64,000 nucleotides of DNA. Origin: Octopus sinensis. Taxonomy: Eukaryota. The notes below the pieces were generated by a model that saw only the letters and a program-made list of their open reading frames with translations, made no database searches and was not told the origin of the DNA. Positions 54,923 to 64,000 of the stretch are shown piece by piece. The stretch is from NCBI RefSeq assembly GCF_006345805.1, contig NC_043006.1, positions 40,858,001 through 40,922,000 on the forward strand, read 5' to 3'. Position 1 is the first letter of the stretch. Each line of letters opens with the position of its first letter. The position numbers and the translations under genes are program-made.

Positions 54923-54953
<31 letters not shown>

Positions 54954-54964
54954 ATATGTATATA

Positions 54965-55003
<39 letters not shown>

Positions 55004-55459
55004 TGTGTGTATTTTTGTTACCTTGTCTTGATACTGCCTGGTTGTGGTAGACAAGTCACAGTTATGTAACCACTGTCCTTTATTTCCAGTCTTCTGTAAA
55101 AACATCTGGTCATGGGGAAGTATTACCTTACATGGAAACAGGTGAGGGTTGGTGACAGGAAGGGCATCCGGCCATAGAAAATCTGCCTCAACAAAATTTC
55201 CGTCTGATCCATGCAAACATGGATAAGTGGACATTAAGAACAATGGTAATTTCATCTCTACAATTCCTGGACAACTGTATTTAGGCTGTGGTGAATTCAA
55301 GTCAAAGCTAGGTTATTTATTTGTGCATAAGCTACAGAAAAATGAAACTATAGAACCAATGGTGAATGATGCTACAACACACTATTACATTTCAGCTTAA
55401 GTGCTGCAAACTAAATAGTAAGACCTAGCTTCAAACAGGGATGATGTATACATGTCGAG

Positions 55460-55990
55460 AGTACAGTTCTATATTTAAGAGATGAGGAATTATGTACATT
55501 ATTTACATTATTATATTTGATGGATATTTGCCCTCATCATGTTTGTTGTTAACACGTTTCGGCTGATATACCCTCCAGCCTTCATCAGGTGTCTTGGGGA
55601 AATTTCGAACCTGGATTCTCATTCCTAAGGTATTTTTCGATATTATTATTATTGTTGTTGTTATTATTATTATTATTGAGTGAGAGAGCAGTGCAGGCCA
55701 TCAAAGTGACACTGGAGAAAAATATACGAAGCCCAGTATACCCACCATGACTACCCGTCTGATAAAGGTATTATTATTATTATTATAATCGTTCAAGGTC
55801 ACTGCTTGGAATCAAACTTGGAATCTTGGGGTTAGTAGCCTGCGCTCTTAACCACTACATCATAGGAATGAGAACCCTGGTTCGAAATTTCCCTAAGACA
55901 CCTGATGAAGGTTGGATGGTATATCAGACGAAATGTTGTGTTAACAACAAACAAGATGAGGACAAATATCTGTCAAATGTAAATAGTGTA
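55460..55990 (-). mobile_element. tRNA-headed element with HHR-containing tail and an inverted tail copy
   Basis: Head 55793-55864; tail with CUGAUGA-A-GGCUG/CAGCC-GAAAC (55556-55588); inverted copy 55862-55990. Confidence 0.65.
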
Positions 55991-56422
55991 CATGTTGAGA
56001 GTGTTTACAAATTGAGAGTTTAAGGTGATGTCTTTCATTTACTGGTAACTGGATTATTGCCTGCCTCTAATCATCATAGTGCTTTGCTCAAATTTATATG
56101 TGTTACAGATTAACAAACCAGCTATCCAATGCACATTATACTACATTTGAAGGAATACACCCTAGTACTTCTGCAGAAGCTCTTTTATGGGCACAGTGGC
56201 TATTTGATCATTTGCATACCATATATCTCAATAACTTGCTCAGCAGTTGTGACATATGACAGTTCAATCAGGGTCATCAGTTTATGTTCTCTGAGATATG
56301 ATGTTCCTTCTGCTTTTGAGATAGCAGCTGTTCTACCTGGAAAATGAAAAGAAAAAAATTGTTCTAGATCCAAGTAGCCATGTTCTCTACAAGAACCTGC
56401 ACTGCTTCCCCTCTTCTTATTG

Positions 56423-56635
56423 CTTTACTGCCCACAAGGGGCTACACACAGAGGGGACAAACAAGGACAGACATATGGATTAAGTCGATTACATCGAGAC
56501 CAGTACATAACTGGTTCTTGTTTAATCAACCCTGAAAGGATGAAAGGCAAAGTCGATCTCGGCGGAATTTGAACTCAGAGTGTAGTGGAAGATGAAAGCA
56601 TTTTGCCCTGTGTGCTAACGTTTCTGCCAGCTCGC
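56423..56635 (-). mobile_element. CORE-type SINE flanked by a 36-bp direct repeat
   Basis: Repeat at 56387-56422 and 56636-56671 with 2 mismatches. Confidence 0.85.
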
Positions 56636-57534
56636 CTACAAGAACCTGCACTGCTTCTCCTTTTCTTATTGTTCAATCCCCTCATCCACTAACATGAAGC
56701 TGATCCCCATCTCTGGGTAGTTCTGTGAGCTGCAGGGGACTTCTGTAGTGCAGGTAGCATGAAAAAGGCTCTCAGTCAATGCGGTAAAGTGGTAGCATTA
56801 GGAAGGGCATCAAGCTGTAGAAACCATGCGTAAACAGACACTGGAGCACAATGCAGTTCTTGGTCACATCGGATCCTGCTAAACCATTCAACCCCAGCCA
56901 GCATTGAATATGCACATTAAACAATGCTGTTGATGATTGCCATTATTTTTCAGCAGATTAACTGAATCAAGAGGCTTTTTAGTGTAGTTGTCTTTTGTCA
57001 ATTGTTCAACCAACAAAACCACTTACTCATTCAATTATAGAGTATTCAACAGGCACTTCATCATCATCATTATCATCATCATTGTTTAACATCCATCTTC
57101 TATGCTAGCATGAGTGGTACAGTATCACAAGAGCTGGCCATGCACCAAACATCTGTGACTGTTTTGGCAGGATTTTTACAGCTGGATGCCCTTCCTAACA
57201 CCAACCACTCAGCATCTGCCTGACAACTATTTTCCATCTGGTGAGATTTCACATAGTTTCCATCTCCACTATTTCACTAACAGGTCTTGAATTGACCAAA
57301 TGTTATTGCAGAACGCTTACTCAAGGTGTGCATAGTGAGATGGACCTCAGAATCTCATGTTTGCCAGCCAAACTGCCACACTGAATATATCATCTTCCTC
57401 ATCATCACTGTTTTAATGCCCCCCCTTTTCCATGATTTCATGGATCAGACAGCATTCATTGAAGCAGATCTTTTACAGCAGTGATGCTTGTTTACAAATA
57501 TCACACAATGTCAAGCCAAGAAGACACAAACACG

Positions 57535-57569
<35 letters not shown>

Positions 57570-57574
<5 letters not shown>

Positions 57575-57930
57575 TGATAAGAGGAGGACTGAGGATTTGA
57601 TGGGGATGCTGGGGTTGGACAAATCGGTGGAATGGTTGGCAAGGGTGAGTGGAGTGAGGTGGTATGGGCATGTGTTGAGGAGGGATGAAGAGCATGTTCT
57701 GAGGAAGGTGATTACATTTGAAGTAAATACAGCGTGAAAGTGAAGTAGACCGAGAAAAAGGTGGAGGGGGACAGGTAGAGGAGGAGATTGGGAGGGTTGG
57801 TTTGAAAAAGGAGGATGCCCAAAACTGGGAAAAGATGGTGTGAGGGCAGTTGCTATGGCGTTGAGGTAGATCTGGCCACCCCCGTTAACAGGGACAAAAG
57901 CTGGATTTAAAACACTGTATGATGATGATG
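57570..57930 (+). mobile_element. RTE LINE 3' fragment
   Basis: VRWYGHVLRRDEEHVLRK...RPRKRW, ends in (GAT)n. Confidence 0.8.
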
Positions 57931-58694
57931 GGTTTCTCCCAGTTTTTGTCTTTCAAATCGACTCAAGTCATCAGTTGGTTTGGGGCTATAATAGAAGACA
58001 TCCAAAGTACCATGCAGTGGGATTGAACTTGAAACCACTTGGTTGGGAAACTCATTTCTTAACCACACAGCTGTACTAGTCCCTACTTGTTTCTATTATC
58101 AGACTGTAATCATGCTGAGTAAACTAAGTCTGTTTTTCTTGACTTGTCTATTCATGAACGGACTGTTCTGTGTTGTTTTGTCAGGGACCACACATTGAAC
58201 CTTAGGTATAATTACAATGTCAGAAAATGTCACCAACATTGTGTTCGCTTAAAGTTTCTAATATTAAAAGTTTCTTTGTTAACTCTTTATATCATTACGG
58301 AGATGTACTTGCATAGCAAGTGACCTAATCTGAGATTGTGTGCTGAAACAAAAACAATTGCAGCATGGAAGATGTTTATAAGCCATTTAAAACACACACA
58401 AAAACTGTTAGATTCACTTCAGCATTTAAATTTGATTTGCCAAAACATTTTCATCACTTTGAGACTAAACCCAGAACCATGCAGTTGGAAAGCAAGCTTA
58501 CCACCCAACCACTGCTAATACTGCACCTCTCTGCTAAGCCATATCAAGCCAGTGTGGAAGAGCTGGCTCATCCGAGTATGATCTCAAGTTCAAATTCATG
58601 GCTTCTACATCAGACTGTTGTTGGTAGAGAGGACAAGCTGAGGTTCTTGTCCTGCAGGGGACTGAACATAAGCAATCCAACCCAATATTATCAT

Positions 58695-59150
58695 CATCAT
58701 CATCATCGTTTAATGTCCGCTTTCCATGGGTTGGACTTTTCGTCCGCTTTCCATGGGTTGGACGATTTGACTGAGGACTGGCAAACCAGATGGCTGCACC
58801 AGGCTCCAATCTGATCTGGCAGAGTTTCGACAGCTTGTTGCCCTTCCTAATGCCAACCACTCTGAGAGTGTAGTGGGTGCTTTTACGTGCCACCGGCACA
58901 AGGGCCAGTCAGGCTGTACTGGCAACAGCCACACTCAAATGGTGTTTTTTACATGCTACCTACACAGGAGCCAGTCCAGCGGCACTGGCAACGACCTTGC
59001 TCGAATGCTTTTTCTCGTGCCACTGGCACAAGTGCCAGTGAGGCAACACTGGTCATGATCACTCTTGAATGGTGCTTTTTACGTGCCACCAGCACGGAAG
59101 CCAGCCAGCTGCTCTGGCAACGATCACGCTCGGATGGTGCTCTTAGCGCT
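58695..59150 (-). mobile_element. RTE-tail SINE with internal tandem units
   Basis: Same tail and GGTGCTTTTACGTGCCACC units as 42915-43400. Confidence 0.8.
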
Positions 59151-59601
59151 TAGTACCTGCTTGATTTAGAAATGTTTTGTCACATCTTTATTTGTCATCC
59201 TATTTAATTTTTACCATCATTGTCACCCGATAAACAACTGCTGCTAAATACGATGTACATCCATTATTATTTCATGCAGTACATATGCAGAAGTGATCTT
59301 GAGTCCATTTTGCACCCTTTCCTTCAATGAATTGTTTGTTGCTCATCTTTGAAGTACATATGTGTGTGTTGGTACGTGTTTTACCGAAACTAGGTAAACA
59401 TTGAATGTGCAGAAGCTAAAATGTGATTTTGCTGTGTTCTGATGTTGGATTCCTCTTCCAATATGTAAAGCATAAGGTGGTTGCAAGTGCAATACTTTTA
59501 ATCATAGGTCTGCTGCATTTACAGTTGTCCAAGAGCTAAAATATAACAAGAATATACAATGAAAAGACATGTGCAACATAACAAAGCACATTTCACGTGA
59601 A

Positions 59602-59638
<37 letters not shown>

Positions 59639-60010
59639 TATAATTAAGGGCTAAAGAAGGTTATTCTATAGCCAATACACTGATTTATCCACCTATAATC
59701 CACTTGTTACAGGAAAATTGAACTGAAAGCAGGCAACTAACCTTTAGAAAATTTAAATTTCGTTATCTCTATATTGAATCAATTTCGGAATTAATCCCTA
59801 TAAAGGATATATTCTTATATCTATAAGACTGCCATATTAATATGGCGATAACAATTAATTTCCAGTAACGCTGCCGTAATCTCTTTTAGAGAGACTTAGT
59901 AATTTTAATATTTCTATTATTGAAAACAAGTGGATGTATTCCACCGAAACTAGGTAAATAAAGCCTTCGAACAGAGACGATCAGTAGCGACACCTGCTGG
60001 GTCTGACTAC

Positions 60011-60053
60011 GCTGCATTGATAAAGGGCAACTACCCTGAAACGCGTCTGTAGC
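60011..60053 (+). ncRNA. Minimal HHR motif, core mutated (UUGAUAA)
   Basis: GCUGCA-UUGAUAA-AGGG/CCCU-GAAAC-GC-GUC-UGUAGC. Confidence 0.5.
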
Positions 60054-60220
60054 TGTCTGACTGGCAGTGTGAAGCGGCTGACCTCCCTTGTTCGAAGGTT
60101 ATAATGGACGCAGTTTGTGTGTCAAATAGCTAGCTTAAGGCGATGGCCTCATGGAGGTAATCAGCGACAGCTTTAGTCTTATATCTATAAGACTGCCATA
60201 TTAATATGGCGATAACAGTT

Positions 60221-60261
<41 letters not shown>

Positions 60262-60350
60262 TATGTCTATATTTTCATATATATATATATGTCTGTATAT
60301 ATGTCTATATATTCATACATACATACATATATATATATTATATATATAAT

Positions 60351-60660
60351 TGGAGTAAAGATTGTTTGCCAACATAACATGGTAGTCCTGGCTTAGGACG
60401 AATGTTGCTTGTAATTTAGCCCCAGGAGACATTGTCTTCAGCTGGCTATACGACACGATCTGTGTCCTTATATTTTCGAACAAGGGAATCTAGCACTTCC
60501 ACTCGGCTCAAAACAATATGTGATTCCCTTGTTAAAAAATATAAGGACACAGTTCATGTCATATAGCCAGCTGGAGATGATGTCTATTGGGGCTAAATTA
60601 CAGCAATATTTGCCCTAAATCAGCACTGCCATGTTGTGTTGGCAAACAATCTTTACTCCT
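60351..60660. mobile_element. Fold-back MITE (~140-bp arms)
   Basis: GGAGTAAAGATTGTTTGCCAAC ... GTTGGCAAACAATCTTTACTCC; arms pair almost to the centre. Confidence 0.75.
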
Positions 60661-60910
60661 AAGCTCTGTTGCTGAATATCTCTCATTGTGAGATTTACAA
60701 ACAATAATAGCTGGTTCTGCATGAGGAAACCACTCAAGTAGCTTGTTAGACATCCTATTCAGGCCATCTCTGAAATGTGTCAGAAATTTCATAAGAGACA
60801 ACTTTGATATGCTAAATAACCTACAAACAGCCAGTGTAAAAATAGGTTTTATTTGTTGGCTTATAAAAGTATGGTTGACTTAAAAAAGGACAGATGGTCA
60901 AACTGTAATA

Positions 60911-62170
60911 TCAAGTTGAGCAAAAAGTAAGCAGCGCTTTGAATTATAAAGAATGTGCACCAGATTTTTGCAGAGTTTTGAATCTTTAAACATCTTTTTG
61001 CAATTGTTTCGTAATGCAGACTTGCCCAAATACATCAATAAATTAGCATTGATATTTTCTTACTGTTGTTAAAATCATCTGAAATTGAATTGTCAAAGCG
61101 TGATATTTGAGCAATTTTGCTATTCAATTTCAAAAAAGGATATAAAGCAGCTGAAACAGCTTGCGATATCAACAAAACATTTGGTGAGGAAATGACCAGT
61201 GAGTGGTCAGATCGAAAGTGGTTTAAACAATTTCGCATTGGAGACCTGAGCCTTGAAGATTGTGAGCGTAGTGGACGCCATCTGTCATTGATGATGGCCA
61301 ATTAAAGACTGTCATTAAGAAAGATCCACGTAAAACCACTCAATAACTGGCAATAGAACTTCAAGTTACCCAGAAAACTGCCTACAACCATTTTCACCTG
61401 ATCGGAAAAATCAAAAAGGCTCAACAAATGTGTACCACATGATTTGAATGAAAATCAGAAAATGTGCAGATACACAATTTGCTCATCACTTCTTCTCTGT
61501 AACCAGACCGATCCATTTCTCGACCGTATTGTAACTTGCAATGAAAAGTAGATTCTGTACAATGATAAAAAATGTTCTTCTCAGTGGCTGGATGAAAATG
61601 AATCATTGAAAACCTTCCCTAAACTCAAGCTCTTCAAAAAGGTTATGGTGACTGTCTGGTGGTGTACTGCTGGACTCATCCACTATAACTTCTTACAACC
61701 CAGAAAAACCCTTACTGTAGAAACATGAAATTGCCAAAAGGAACACAAAACTGCTACTCCTCCATCCCAGACTGGTCAACAGAAGAGGGCCGATCATTTT
61801 TCATGAATACTCAACCACACATTTCACTAATTACACTCTGAAAGTTGAGGGAACTTGGCTATGAATTTCTTCCCCACCCAGCTTATTCCCCGGACCTTTA
61901 TCCTATTGACTACCACTTTTTCAAGCATCTTGATGGTTTCCTGCTAGATAAGGAGTTCAAAAATCAAACCGATGCTGAAAGTGTGTTCAAAGAGCTCATC
62001 AGCTCCAGAACTCCAGAGTTTTATGTTACCGGAATAAACAAACTTGTAACTCGGCAAAAATGTGTTGATTGTAATGATACTTACTTTGATCAATAAAATT
62101 TCCACATTGTTGGAATATATTGTGATGAATTTCATGTCTCAAAATGTTGCTTACTTTTTACTCAGCCTGA
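60911..62170 (+). mobile_element. Full-length decayed mariner (DD34D type)
   Basis: TIRs TCAAGTTGAGCAAAAAGTAAGCAGC / GTTGCTTACTTTTTACTCAGCCTGA with TA on both sides; VPHDL, IVTCNEK, PHPAYSPDLYPIDY. Confidence 0.9.
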
Positions 62171-62284
62171 TATATTCTAAATCTATGAGAAGGATCAGAG
62201 ATCCATTTTAAACAACAGCAACTCTTCATCTGTGGATTTGAAAATCTTTATTCAGTTGAAATACCACAACACATAGAAAAGGAG

Positions 62285-63390
62285 TCAATCATGGAAGGAC
62301 TAAAATTTGTCTTAGAGAATAACTATTTTATGTCGAATGACAACTTTTTCCAACAAAAATCTGAGGCCATAATGGGAACAAAAACGGCTCCCTCCTTTGC
62401 AAATTTAGTTATAGGATATCTAGAAATGACTATACCAAAAAGTTTTACAAAAATATGAGAACTCATTCTTTAAATATATACAAGAAAATTGGAAAAGTTA
62501 CCTCAATGACTACTTCATTCTCTGTTATTAAAGCATAAAGCATAGATAAATTTTAAATACTAGTCAATGGAATCAACAAAAATATTCAATTTGCTATGGA
62601 ATATAGTCATAACCAACTCCAGTTTTTAGATTTAGGAAAAATGTCATCAATGAAACAGAGGTAAACATATACTTTAAAGCTATGTATACTAAAACTATTT
62701 ACCTTTCAATTCATGCTGTCCGAGAAACATGCAAGTAAATCCCCCACATAACCTTATCAAAAGGATCTACAAAACTATCTGATGAAAACATCTGTGACCC
62801 ATTACTTAAAGGCGTTAAGGATTTCACTTCTGGACAGGAATTTTCCACCATCCTTAATTGAATACAACAAACCAAGAAATTAAGTATTCAGGAACTAAGG
62901 CAAGCAATCTTAACAATGAGGCTTATAACATCATATTTCAAAACATACCGATACTGACTGAAAAAGGACCCTCAGGCTGAACCAAATCCTCCAAATACTT
63001 ATCATAAAAAGCAAAAGACAGTTGAAAATCACTGAAAAATTAACAAAGGCCAAACTTTATACAATAATAACAATCAGCATTAAAAAAAATGTGGAAGATC
63101 CAACTTTGGCATATGTTTAAATCTGTCAAAAGAATTGAAGATTCATTTGAAAGAAGGACAGCGTTCCATAGTAAAAAATAATTTGTAACCTGTGCATCTG
63201 AAAATCTAATCTGTACAATTATGTTATATACTCAGGATGTGGGGAGAACTACATGAGGCAAACTGGCGTGTCCTGAAGACAGTGCATGACTGTATAGATA
63301 AAAAATTATAATACCAGAATACAAATCGAACTTGGTAAACATATAGACACATGTAGAGATAAGGAATAACACAAATTTCATGACCTCCCT
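62285..63390 (+). mobile_element. Decayed Penelope-like RT plus GIY-YIG
   Basis: LKFVLENNYF...MGTKTAPSFANLVIGYLE; WKSYLNDYF; IQFAMEYS...FLD. Confidence 0.8.
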
Positions 63391-63774
63391 CAACTATTAG
63401 TGAGGATTGCATAATAGTAATCCATCAACAAAAAAAAACAACAACTCTCATAATCGGATACTGTGGGAAAGAAAGGATGATAACTAAAAAAACAACAATT
63501 CCTACTGATTTTGTTACTACTACAACAACAGACTGATACAGCCACTGTAATGATGGCTGCTACCATTATTGGGACTGATACAGCCTCTACTGTTATGGCT
63601 AATACCATTGTTGCTGCTACTAATAGACTGTCACAGATACTATTACTACTGTGTCACTACCATTGCTACCACTAATAGCCACTACTTCATAACATCCCAA
63701 GTAAGAAGCGAAGGATACTTTCCACTGCCTGAAACTACTACTACTACTCAGCAGCCATAATACGTGTTGTGTGT

Positions 63775-63811
<37 letters not shown>

Positions 63812-64000
63812 TAAATGAGGGTGAAAAATTAGATATTAATTTAATAATACCGTCAGTTTAACACCAAGTGGCCTAGCACATAGAAACCAGGGAGTACAAA
63901 TTTATATATAAATATAAGAGAGTTAACGATAAGTGGCTAACTCTAGTGCTAGAAATAGCTCCATCTTCGGTGGCTATACCAGAATATATATATATATTTC
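63812..64000 (+). mobile_element. Short PLE-type element, same family as 54290-54470
   Basis: Shared GGGTGA.A.AATTAGATA, ACACCAAGTGGCC and ATAAATATAAGAGAG. Confidence 0.55.

Noticed and set aside
55793-55864. tRNA gene
   Set aside because: B-box degenerate, no convincing acceptor stem; treated as a SINE-type head.
58540-58680. Unique-looking stretch open on both strands
   Set aside because: No recognisable motif or consistent splice-site pair; the ORFs run into SINE sequence.

Overview
AT-rich, microsatellite-dense eukaryotic intronic/intergenic DNA. The SINE repertoire looks like Octopus (inferred from recognised repeat motifs, no database search). No intact cellular protein-coding gene is visible, and most listed ORFs are microsatellite or antisense-TE artefacts. 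The window is dominated by mobile elements: several tRNA-derived SINE families; RTE, Tx1 (L1 superfamily) and HERO-like non-LTR retrotransposons; Penelope-like elements (PLEs) and short derivatives carrying hammerhead-ribozyme (HHR) motifs, often as inverted pairs; non-autonomous Helitrons; mariner/Tc1 remnants and MITEs. Two candidate gene 5' ends have good splice sites (minus strand near 21.6-22.3 kb, plus strand near 37.5 kb). Best novel lead: two different Tx1 elements sit head-to-tail at the same nucleotide of a SINE head hairpin, with a 16-bp duplication. This suggests a sequence-specific retrotransposon that targets the SINE. Second lead: a set of HHR elements with palindromic stem III, including a tRNA-headed one and a retrozyme-like monomer. 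All alignments and folds were done by eye; coordinates of decayed elements are approximate.
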